From: an uncultured delta proteobacterium
GTDB lineage: Bacteria; Desulfobacterota; Binatia; Binatales; Binataceae
Assembly (NCBI GenBank): GCA_963794325.1
Contig: CAWCDG010000002.1
Span: forward strand, 384,001 to 448,000
Direction: 5' to 3'
DNA: 64,000 bases
Shown: positions 19,771 to 27,779 of the stretch, one piece after another
Layout of the letters: each line of letters opens with the position of its first letter
Numbering within the stretch: position 1 is the first letter of the stretch
Program-made: the position numbers and the translations under genes
Notes under the pieces: model-generated
Seen by the model: the letters and a program-made list of their open reading frames with translations, nothing else
Databases searched by the model: none
Told to the model about the DNA's origin: nothing

Positions 19771-19853
19771 GGATTTCCCGCACTGGCAGAAAAGTTCAGG
19801 GATGAACTGTTCAGCCTTATGCAATCTCTTTCCCCGGCGCACAATGCCCCTCG

Positions 19854-21014
19854 ATGCAGCACCTCATTACACGCACCGGCGGTGAAAGCGAGACGCAGGC
19901 GGGCAAACTGATTCCTTCGTTCGTGATCGATACCGCCGGTGCGCCCGCCACCGCGCCGGCCTCCGGAGACTTATCCGCCTCAGCTCCCGAATGGATCGAG
20001 CTGCTCCCGTCGGGCGTCTTCTACGGCCGCGATGGACGCGGGCCGTTTCGCCTCGACGATCCGGCCGCGGTGATCGAATCGACGACCGCATTGCAAATGA
20101 ACGCGGGCATCCCGATTGACTACGATCATGCCACCGACTTCGGTGCGCCCGAAGGACGGCCCGCTCCCGCCGCCGGATGGATTCGCCAATTCGAAGTGCG
20201 TGACGGTGCGGTGTGGGGCCGGGTCGAATGGACCGCGCGCGCATCGAGTTCGATCGTCGCGCGCGAGTACCGCTACGTCTCGCCCGTGTTCCAGTTCGAT
20301 CCGAAAGACGGAAGCGTGACGCGGCTGCTGCGAGCCGGGCTCACCAACAATCCAAATCTTCATTTGACCGCGATTGCGGCGTCGCAAATATCGGCGTCCG
20401 ACAACCAAACGAAGGACCAACAGATGGAATTTCCAACTCAGGAATTGCGCGACCTGCTTAACCTCGAGGGCGATGCGACTGTCGCCGATATCGTCGCAAA
20501 AGTGCGCGAACTGCGCGCGGCCGGCGATGCGGCGTCGTCACAGTCGATTAGCACGCATGCACACGACCCCGCGCACTACGTCGCAATCGCCGAATTCGAG
20601 CGCGCGCTGACTGAGCTGAACGCGCTCAAAGCGGAGCACGCACGCGAACGCGCCGCGCATACGGTGGAAGAAGCGATTCGCGCGGGCAAGCTGGTACCCG
20701 CGCAGCGCGAATGGGCGATCGCGTACTGCGCGGCGGATGCGCGCGGGTTCCAGGCCTTCGCGGCCAAGCAGCCGTCCATCCTCGGCGAAAATCTCGGGCT
20801 GTCGGGAGAGCCGCCTGCCGACCGGCGCGCCGGCGGGCTCAACTCGGCGGAGCTCGCAATCTGCGCGCAGCTCGGCCTCAAGCATTCCGAGTTCATCCGC
20901 CGCAAGCGCGGCCGCGCGGACTTCCTGAGCCTCGAACGCGCCGATGCGGATCTGCGAAACGCGGCAGCCGCGGAACGCGGACCTTACGATAACCGAACAA
21001 CGAGGCGCTCTTAA
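19854..21014 (+). CDS. Mu-like prohead protease I with C-terminal scaffold
   Basis: PEWIELLP.G...GRDGRGP, PIDYDH, APAAGWI, WGRVEWT, EYRYVSPVF, AGLTNNPNL; C-terminal AIRAGKLVPAQREWA and ICAQLGL. Confidence 0.9.
   Translation: MQHLITRTGGESETQAGKLIPSFVIDTAGAPATAPASGDLSASAPEWIELLPSGVFYGRDGRGPFRLDDPAAVIESTTALQMNAGIPIDYDHATDFGAPEGRPAPAAGWIRQFEVRDGAVWGRVEWTARASSSIVAREYRYVSPVFQFDPKDGSVTRLLRAGLTNNPNLHLTAIAASQISASDNQTKDQQMEFPTQELRDLLNLEGDATVADIVAKVRELRAAGDAASSQSISTHAHDPAHYVAIAEFERALTELNALKAEHARERAAHTVEEAIRAGKLVPAQREWAIAYCAADARGFQAFAAKQPSILGENLGLSGEPPADRRAGGLNSAELAICAQLGLKHSEFIRRKRGRADFLSLERADADLRNAAAAERGPYDNRTTRRS
20424..21014 (+). CDS. Putative nested in-frame scaffolding protein (Mu gpZ-like)
   Basis: AAGGA (20412-20416) 7 nt before an in-frame ATG just after the protease domain. 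Confidence 0.55.
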   Translation: MEFPTQELRDLLNLEGDATVADIVAKVRELRAAGDAASSQSISTHAHDPAHYVAIAEFERALTELNALKAEHARERAAHTVEEAIRAGKLVPAQREWAIAYCAADARGFQAFAAKQPSILGENLGLSGEPPADRRAGGLNSAELAICAQLGLKHSEFIRRKRGRADFLSLERADADLRNAAAAERGPYDNRTTRRS

Positions 21015-21048
21015 TACTGAAAAAACTCGCGCTCTTAATACTGAAAAA
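21005..21048 (+). repeat. 20-bp direct repeat GCGCTCTTAATACTGAAAAA x2 (24-nt period)
   Basis: Copies at 21005-21024 and 21029-21048, spanning the protease stop codon. Confidence 0.85.
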
Positions 21049-21057
21049 GGTGAAAAG

Positions 21058-21540
21058 ATGGCGGCTCTAACCAATTCGCGAAATACGCCCGAGATGGCCG
21101 ACGGCGGCAGGATGCGCGTTTACCCGGTCGAGGCGAACACCAACGTTTACCTCGGCGGGATGGTCGCGCTCAACGCGGCCGGCAACGCGGTGCCGGCGTC
21201 GGCGACGACCACCGTCGCAAATGCGCTCAAGGTCGTGGGGCGCGCGGAATACGTGAAAAACGGAATCCCCGGTCAGAATGCGATCAACAATCCCGGCGCC
21301 GCCGCCGCGATTTCGATCGCCGCGCGCAAGGGAGTGTTCCTCTACGCGACCGACGGCTCGGTCGGCGCAGCCCAGGTCGGACTCGTCTGCTTCGCGCTCG
21401 ACGACAACAACGTTACCGCCACCGATCGCGCAAGCGGTGCCAATGTCCAGCAATACGCGGCGGCCGGCATTGTCGTCGCGATCGATCCAAGCGGCCAGGT
21501 CTGGGTGGATTTCTGGCATCAAGCGACCGCATCCGCATGA
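21058..21540 (+). CDS. Mu-like head decoration/cement protein
   Basis: MAALTNSRNTP start, YPVEANT.VYLGGMVAL, RKGVF, ALDDNNV, VWVDF; lies between protease and capsid. Confidence 0.7.
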   Translation: MAALTNSRNTPEMADGGRMRVYPVEANTNVYLGGMVALNAAGNAVPASATTTVANALKVVGRAEYVKNGIPGQNAINNPGAAAAISIAARKGVFLYATDGSVGAAQVGLVCFALDDNNVTATDRASGANVQQYAAAGIVVAIDPSGQVWVDFWHQATASA

Positions 21541-21578
21541 CGATGACGTTCACCGGCTAAAAAGAGAGGAAATACTAA

Positions 21579-22523
21579 ATGGAAATCAGCGCAGCGAATC
21601 TGACCGCATTGTTCACCGGCTTCGACGTCGTCTTCCAGCGCGGGTTCGAAAAGCCGCCGTCATACTACGAGCAGATCACCAGCGTCGTGCGCTCGGCCTC
21701 GCGCCAGACTACCTATCCGTGGCTCGGACGCACTACCAAGTTTCGCGAATGGCTGGGCGACAGGGTAATCCAGGCGCTCGAAACGCACGAGTACACAATA
21801 GTCAATCGGAATTTCGAAGATACAGTGGCTATTGATCGAAACGACATCGAAGACGACACCTACGGCGCCTATGAGCCGATCATCGAGCAGCTCGGATGGG
21901 ACACCAAGGTGCATCCCGACATGCTGCTGTTCGCAATGATCAAGGACGCAGTAGCTAATCCCGGCGACGTCGTCGGCTTCGACGGCGTCCCGTTCTTTTC
22001 GGCGAGCCATCCCGTCGGCCTGATGGGTCAGACCGGAAACACCGCGGCGAATATCAACTCAAGCGGATCGGGTGCCTACTGGTATCTGATCGACGCGTCG
22101 CGAGTGATTCGTCCCTTCATCTTTCAGCTCCGTCGCGAATACGCAGTGACGCGAATGACCAATGTCGCCGACGAGGCGGTCTTCAACCGCCGCGAATTCC
22201 GCTACGGCGTGGACGGCCGCGCCAACACCGGCGTCGGCCTGTGGCAGTTGGCCTACGCCAGCAACACCGATCTCAGCAATCCGACCAACTACGGCGCGGT
22301 GCGCGCCGCGATGCGAGCGTTCAAAACCGATGCGGGACAGCCGTTTGGCGCGCTCTCGAGCCGCGACGGTGTGTACCTGCTGGTCCCCCCGACTCTCGAA
22401 GAAGTCGCGCGGCAACTGTTGAACTCAGAGTTCATGGCCGGTGCCGGCGCGAGCGCGAACGTCGCGACCTCGAACATCTGGCGCAACAGCGCGGACCTTA
22501 TCGTCAGCGAGTTCCTGGCATAA
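21579..22523 (+). CDS. Mu-like major capsid protein (gpT family)
   Basis: YPWLG...FREWLGDR, NRNFEDTVAIDRNDIEDD, HPDML, DGVPFFSASHP, YGVDGR.N.G.GLWQLAY, LLVPP.LE..ARQLL. Confidence 0.93.
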   Translation: MEISAANLTALFTGFDVVFQRGFEKPPSYYEQITSVVRSASRQTTYPWLGRTTKFREWLGDRVIQALETHEYTIVNRNFEDTVAIDRNDIEDDTYGAYEPIIEQLGWDTKVHPDMLLFAMIKDAVANPGDVVGFDGVPFFSASHPVGLMGQTGNTAANINSSGSGAYWYLIDASRVIRPFIFQLRREYAVTRMTNVADEAVFNRREFRYGVDGRANTGVGLWQLAYASNTDLSNPTNYGAVRAAMRAFKTDAGQPFGALSSRDGVYLLVPPTLEEVARQLLNSEFMAGAGASANVATSNIWRNSADLIVSEFLA

Positions 22524-22619
22524 GGACGCGGTGAAAAGTGGAACAGCGATGAATCCAGTTTCCCTGAGCCGGCCAGACGCGGGTCCCCCTCCTGCCCGCA
22601 GCGCCGGAGTGCATGGCAA

Positions 22620-22661
22620 CTCTCCGCGGGCGCGCTTCCATTGTTCAGCGCCCGCGGAGAG
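22620..22661 (+). other. Perfect 14-bp hairpin in the spacer after the capsid gene
   Basis: CTCTCCGCGGGCGC, 14-nt loop, GCGCCCGCGGAGAG; only a short U tract follows. Confidence 0.7.
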
Positions 22662-22706
22662 ACCTTTCAGTCGAATAGTCACTTGCGATGCGACGAGGTT
22701 AGTACA

Positions 22707-23141
22707 GTGAGTTACGCGACCGCCCAGGACATGATCAATCGATACCCTAATCGGGATCTGGTCCAACTGACTAATGAAGATCCAACCGCGACGACCATAA
22801 ACAACGCACCGATCACTCAAGCCCTGGCCGACGCCTCCGCGGAAATCGACGGATACATCGAAGGCCGCTTCACCCTCCCGCTGACGGATCCCCCCGCCGT
22901 CCTCAACCGTCTCACCACCGATATCGCGATGTACCGCATGCAGTCGCTCCGCCCTCTGCACGACCTGGAAGATGCGCGGAAACGATATGAGGACGCGGTC
23001 GCGATGCTCGTGAAGGTAGCGGCCGGCGAGCTCACCCTCGGATTGTCGGCTGACGGCCAGGAACCACCAGTGACAGAAATGCAAGAGAAGGTACAAGGGC
23101 CTGATCGCACATTCAGCCGCAAAAATCTGAGGGGCTACTGA
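22707..23141 (+). CDS. Mu gp36-like head-tail connector (DUF1320)
   Basis: GTG start after GAGG; SYATAQDM..RY, LVQLT, ALADASAEIDGY..RF.LPL, DIA.YR, RYEDAV..L..VA.G.L.LG. Confidence 0.88.
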   Translation: MSYATAQDMINRYPNRDLVQLTNEDPTATTINNAPITQALADASAEIDGYIEGRFTLPLTDPPAVLNRLTTDIAMYRMQSLRPLHDLEDARKRYEDAVAMLVKVAAGELTLGLSADGQEPPVTEMQEKVQGPDRTFSRKNLRGY

Positions 23142-23142
23142 A

Positions 23143-23964
23143 ATGGGCGTGACGCTTGACGCGCCGTGGAACGGGTTGGTCTTCACACCGCCCTCCGCGA
23201 TCGACATCGCGACGATAGAAGACTCGATCGTTACTCAACTGCGTTCACAAATCAGCTCGATCGAAATCACACACTACCCGGATCGTCCCGAAACCTGGCG
23301 CATGACCCATCGCGTGGGAGCGGCGTTGGTGATGTACAAGGGCGCGCACTACGGCGACCTGCTCGACACCGCAGCAACAATCCAGGAACGCAAACTCGAG
23401 TTCGAGATCTCAATCATGATGCGCGATCTAGGATGGGCCGTCGGTGGCGAGGCGGCGGGGCCTAGTCCGGGCGCATACGCAATTATCGAAGCGGTCCGGA
23501 CCGCGCTGACCGGCTTTGAGGTTCCCGGCTGCCGCAAAATGTTCCCGGTGAGTGAGAAATTCGTGAAGCGCGACAAGCAGGGCGGCGTATGGACGTACGC
23601 TTCGACCTTCGCGCTGAGCACGGTTGCAGTCGAAGGCTCGCAGGCCGATGACTTTCCATTCTTCACCAAGGGCATCGCGCTCGAAGAAGGGGGAGAAAGT
23701 ACACTCACCGTCGGCGCGTCGGCATACTCGTTCAACTCGAATCTCCAGGTTCAGCTTCCCCACGGTAATGCGTTTGCAGTCAGCGTCACAGGTCCCGGCA
23801 ACGCGCAGTTGATCGAAGGCGCGGACTTTTCGGTGGATCGCGCGAACGGAATAGTCATTGCGATTCCCGGCGGTGTGATTTCAGCCGGCGAAACGGTGCA
23901 GATTGCGTACTCATACGCCGACGGGGCTATCGCGACCGCAGGCCAGACCGAGCCGACTAACTAA
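23143..23964 (+). CDS. Gp37-like tail terminator with an extra C-terminal beta domain
   Basis: YPDRPE...THRVGAALV.Y.G, AYAIIEAVR.AL.GF..PGC, GVW.Y; position before the sheath gene. Confidence 0.7.
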   Translation: MGVTLDAPWNGLVFTPPSAIDIATIEDSIVTQLRSQISSIEITHYPDRPETWRMTHRVGAALVMYKGAHYGDLLDTAATIQERKLEFEISIMMRDLGWAVGGEAAGPSPGAYAIIEAVRTALTGFEVPGCRKMFPVSEKFVKRDKQGGVWTYASTFALSTVAVEGSQADDFPFFTKGIALEEGGESTLTVGASAYSFNSNLQVQLPHGNAFAVSVTGPGNAQLIEGADFSVDRANGIVIAIPGGVISAGETVQIAYSYADGAIATAGQTEPTN

Positions 23965-24005
23965 TCGGACTAATAGTAACTCATCCGACTGAGTAAAGGT
24001 GATAC

Positions 24006-25547
24006 ATGCCAGCCAGTTTCCTGCATGGAGTTGAAGTAATCGAAGTACCTAATGGGCCGGTGCCGGTCACCGTCGTCAAATCGGCGGTGATCGGATTGGT
24101 CGGGACGGCGCCGACATGGGCGGTGGCGCCGCCAATAGTAGCGGCGGCGCTGAATACGCCGACGCTGGTGTCGTCGGCGCTCAACGCCGCAGAGTTCGGG
24201 CCGACAGTTCGCGGATACACGATTCCGTATGCCTTAGCAGCTATCCAGGCGCAAGGCGCGGGACAGGCGATCGTCGTCAACGTATTCGATCCGACGAGAC
24301 ACTTCACTGCCATAGCTGCGACCGCATTCACGTTCAACGCGCAGAACGCTATCAACCTCGGGCACATGGGAGTGTCGAATGTAGTAGTCACTAGTAATCC
24401 AACTGGTACTATGTACATCGCGGGCACTGACTACACGCTCGACGCGGTGAACGGAGCGGTATCGCTGGTGCCAATCGCCTCGGGAGGACATATTGCCGCC
24501 GGCGCCAGCGTGTTGATTGCGTTCGACTACGCCGATCCGTCGAAGGTGACGGACGCTGATGTGATCGGGGCAATCACCGGCGGCGTGTACACGGGACTTC
24601 AGGTATTCCAGACGACCTACGGCACGTTGGGATTCTTTCCGAAGATCCTGATCGCACCGAGCTATTCGCAAGACCCCACTGTCGCGACCGCTCTCGATGC
24701 GATGGCGACCAAGGTTCGAGCGATGGCGCTGGTCGATTCGCCGCCCGGGACGTCGGCTGCCGCGGCGACAACGAATCGCGGCGTAGTCGGCAACAGCTTC
24801 GCAACTTCGAGCAAGCGAACGATTCTCTGCTACCCGCAAGAGACGTTTTTCGACACTGGAATTGTACCGACCGGAGTGACGCTTAACGCTTCCGGAATCC
24901 CGCTGACATCGCAATTCAACGCGAACGCCGTGGGGCCATATTCGCAGTGGGTGGCTGGAGCGATGGCGGCGAAGGACCTGGCGCAAGGTTACTGGTGGTC
25001 GCCGTCGAACACGCCGGTTGCTGGAATGCTCGGGCCTGATGTTCAGCTCTATGCGTCCATTCTCGACGCGTCGTCGGACGTGAACAGTCTGAACGCCGCG
25101 GGAATCGTGACCGTGTTCAACGCATTCGGCACAGGACTTCGCGTGTGGGGAAACCGGAGCGCGGGGTACCCGACTGCGACCACGCCGGACAATTTTATCT
25201 CGGTACGTCGCACGATGGATGTAATCGAGGAATCCGTGGAGCTGGCGATGCTGCAGTTTATCGATCAGCCGATTTCGAACGCGCTGATCGATGCGATCCT
25301 GGCCAGTGCGAATGCCTTTATCAGATCACTCATCCAGCGTGGAGCATTGGTCGCGGGGGCGGCGAGCTTCAACCCGGCAGAGAATCCATCGGCACAAATT
25401 GCGGGAGGCCAGCTGGTATTCGATATCGACGTAATGCCGCCGCCGCCTGCGGAAAGAATCACGTTCGAAGCATTCATCGATGTAACGTTGCTGCAGCAAC
25501 TAGGGAGCACGAGCCCGATCACTGTAGCTGCGGGGGCGACGGCATAA
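24006..25547 (+). CDS. Contractile tail sheath protein
   Basis: FLHGVEVIEV, SAVIGLVGTAP, PKILIAP, GYWWSPSN, LNAAGIVTV, WGNRS, FISVRRT, PPPAERITF. Confidence 0.95.
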   Translation: MPASFLHGVEVIEVPNGPVPVTVVKSAVIGLVGTAPTWAVAPPIVAAALNTPTLVSSALNAAEFGPTVRGYTIPYALAAIQAQGAGQAIVVNVFDPTRHFTAIAATAFTFNAQNAINLGHMGVSNVVVTSNPTGTMYIAGTDYTLDAVNGAVSLVPIASGGHIAAGASVLIAFDYADPSKVTDADVIGAITGGVYTGLQVFQTTYGTLGFFPKILIAPSYSQDPTVATALDAMATKVRAMALVDSPPGTSAAAATTNRGVVGNSFATSSKRTILCYPQETFFDTGIVPTGVTLNASGIPLTSQFNANAVGPYSQWVAGAMAAKDLAQGYWWSPSNTPVAGMLGPDVQLYASILDASSDVNSLNAAGIVTVFNAFGTGLRVWGNRSAGYPTATTPDNFISVRRTMDVIEESVELAMLQFIDQPISNALIDAILASANAFIRSLIQRGALVAGAASFNPAENPSAQIAGGQLVFDIDVMPPPPAERITFEAFIDVTLLQQLGSTSPITVAAGATA

Positions 25548-25571
25548 CTCGCCCGACACGAGAGGTACACA

Positions 25572-26090
25572 ATGAACATCCAGATCAACTCACTGACTAA
25601 TGCGAATATATACATCGACGGCATTGGACTACTCGGGCGAGCTGAAGAGATCGAGATCGCGAATCCCAAGCACAAGATGATTGACTACAAGGGCTTGGGG
25701 ATGGCCGGCACGGCTGAGTTGTGGGCGGGTGTCGAAAAGCTCGAGTCAAAAATCAAGTGGGCGTCTTTCGACGCGGAGACGCTCACGATGTCGAGCAGCC
25801 CATTTCAAACGCACTCCTTTCAAGCGCGCGGGAATCTCGAGCAGTACACCAGCCAGGGAAGAACCGCGCAGCTTCCGGTGGTGTATCTGATGACCGGGGT
25901 CTTCAAAGATGCGGGGAGTCCCACCTTCCGGCAACATCAGATGGTCGAGACTACTTCAATAGTAAGTATCTACCACTGTGAACTATTCGTCGCCGGCGTC
26001 CAAATATACTTGTACGACGTATTCGCCAATATTTACGTAGTAGGCGGCGTCGATCAACTGAGTACGTTCCGATCGAGTCTTGGCGGGTGA
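25572..26090 (+). CDS. Tail tube protein (P2 FII-like)
   Basis: TNANIYIDG..LLGRAEEI, GLGMAG..EL..GVEKLE, D..ANIY.VGGVDQL; follows the sheath gene. Confidence 0.9.
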   Translation: MNIQINSLTNANIYIDGIGLLGRAEEIEIANPKHKMIDYKGLGMAGTAELWAGVEKLESKIKWASFDAETLTMSSSPFQTHSFQARGNLEQYTSQGRTAQLPVVYLMTGVFKDAGSPTFRQHQMVETTSIVSIYHCELFVAGVQIYLYDVFANIYVVGGVDQLSTFRSSLGG

Positions 26091-26097
26091 GTGACTA

Positions 26098-26463
26098 ATG
26101 AACACCGACGACACAACAGTGAATGGAGTGCGAATAGGTGGCAAGGAAGCCGCTGACGAAGCGGGTGCACGATCGATCGAGCTGCCGTCGGGCGCTCATG
26201 CCGAGGTGCGAAAAGGCTATGGGCGAGACCTGATGCGGGCGCAACGGGCAGCGGTCGGCGGAGACGCGAGCGCAGTGATATTTGCTTTGATCGCCGAGGT
26301 AGCTCGCGTAAATGGATGCAAGATCGTGTACGAGGACGTGCTCGAGATGGATCTGGCGGACGTTATGGCGTTACAGGCGGAGGTGATTGACGAAAATTTC
26401 GACCGCCCTCCGCAGCGAGCTTCGCAGGTCTCATCCAATTCGGATTCTCGGTCCAGGAATTGA
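26098..26463 (+). CDS. Tail assembly chaperone (gpE/G-like)
   Basis: LPSG, GRDL..AQR, ALIA.V, EDVLEMDLAD; follows the tube gene. Confidence 0.8.
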   Translation: MNTDDTTVNGVRIGGKEAADEAGARSIELPSGAHAEVRKGYGRDLMRAQRAAVGGDASAVIFALIAEVARVNGCKIVYEDVLEMDLADVMALQAEVIDENFDRPPQRASQVSSNSDSRSRN

Positions 26464-26561
26464 GCGGGATGGATTTTGCGGAGCTGTCGTACTGGCTGGA
26501 CGCAATGATTGAGTATCAACGGATGTGCGTCGAACGCGGCGGAGGGGCGAGTCGTGACTAG
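26098..26561 (+). CDS. -1 frameshift-extended tail chaperone (gpE+E'-like, about 154 aa)
   Basis: Slippery A AAT TTC at 26394-26400 in the correct phase; -1 frame reads RPPSAASFAGLIQFGFSVQELSGMDFAELSYWLDAM.. to TAG at 26559-26561. Confidence 0.78.
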
Positions 26562-26621
26562 TAATCGCAGTGACTATACCAGAGTGTGCGTAGTGAGTAA
26601 TCCACAAGAGACGGTGAGGCG

Positions 26622-26906
26622 ATGGGAATAAGACTATTCGTTGGCAATCTGAGTTTTTCGTTGGGCGATGGGGATTTGCGTGAGGCCTTTGCCGAGATAG
26701 GCGGTGTAGATCGGGCTGAGATCGTGCGCGATCGGTTCGACGGACGCTCGCGCGGATTCGGCTTTGTCGAAATGAAGACTCAGGACGACGCCGCGGTCGC
26801 GCTGCGGGCAATGAACGGCAAAGAACTGGCAGGGCGTCCTCTGCGAGTGGAAGCAGCGACCTCGCATCGTCGCCCGTTCGACCGCAACGCCGCGCGCCCG
26901 CAGTAG
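26622..26906 (+). CDS. Single-RRM RNA-binding protein
   Basis: RNP2 LFVGNL, RNP1 RGFGFVEM, DRFDGRS, MNGKELAGRPLRVE; GAGG RBS. Confidence 0.95.
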   Translation: MGIRLFVGNLSFSLGDGDLREAFAEIGGVDRAEIVRDRFDGRSRGFGFVEMKTQDDAAVALRAMNGKELAGRPLRVEAATSHRRPFDRNAARPQ

Positions 26907-26939
26907 AAACACCGAAAGACGGGGCATCGCAGCGAGCAC

Positions 26940-27774
26940 ATGGCAAAGCAATCCAGACCAATCAACCCGACAGGGGGGACCAGGCGCGCGGACGCCGCGC
27001 GCGCGCTTAGGCAGCTTGATCGAGTGACTAGTATCGCGCGCGAGAACCGTCGAATCTCGCGGGCTGCGGCGAGCGTTGCGCGGGCTCGAGAGTTTCGTTG
27101 GCAGCCCTCTGCGGGGGCTTCGCTTTTGAAGCAGGCTCAGTTTGTTGAAGAAGACTCGCGCATTGAGCGAGGAACTGCTCGCGATGGCTCTGGCGGCGGT
27201 TCAGCGTGCGAGTTGGGGCGGCAGGACTAATATCGCGACTGCAGAACCTGGGCGGCGTAGCGCGGCGGCATTGGTCGAGGCCTCGAGTCGCTCGCGCCGA
27301 CAGATTCCGGAATTGTTTCAGGCGATGAAGGCTTTGGCGCGGATTGAACGCTCGGTCGAGTCGGGAAGCGCGGGACGAGCGATTTCAGAGCTGCGAAAAT
27401 ACTCGATGCCTACGTCAGTGTCCAAGTCTAATACGACGGGCCGAGGGCTTGGGAGTCCGGAAGCGCGACAACCATCGCTCGCCGGCGCGGGCAAATTAGC
27501 GAGCGTCCGTATTGCGCGATCGATTCGCGCAGCGAAACTGCCCGCGAGTGTTTCGCAGCGGGAGTTCGCGCAGCCGTCGGGCGACGTGCGCGGTTCTAAT
27601 CAAACCGGCGGGCGAGGCGGGATTACGATCAACTCATCGCCGACAGTCGTGATCAATGCGCCTGCGAGCGGCGCCATGCAGAATGATGTGATTGGCGCAT
27701 TGCGAGCGCATCGCGAAGAACTGTTCGATGAGTTGAAACGGGAATCGGCGCGACGCGAGCGCGCGCAGTTCTGA
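26940..27774 (+). CDS. Short basic protein at the tape-measure position, split by one +1 frameshift (about 277 aa if joined)
   Basis: ORFs 26940-27230 and 27142-27774 overlap; C-terminus ITINSSPTVVINA...ELKRESARRERAQF resembles tape-measure C-termini and abuts the gpU-like gene. Confidence 0.55.
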
Positions 27775-27779
27775 GGAGA

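Noticed and set aside
19783-19813. Sigma54 promoter or LexA box before the cluster
   Set aside because: TGGCAG-N5-TTCA lacks the -12 GC; GAAC/GTTC spacings fit neither GAAC-N4-GTTC nor GTTC-N7-GTTC.
20944-22706. Upstream starts at 20944 and 22641 for the decoration and gp36 genes
   Set aside because: RBS position and family N-termini support 21058 and 22707.
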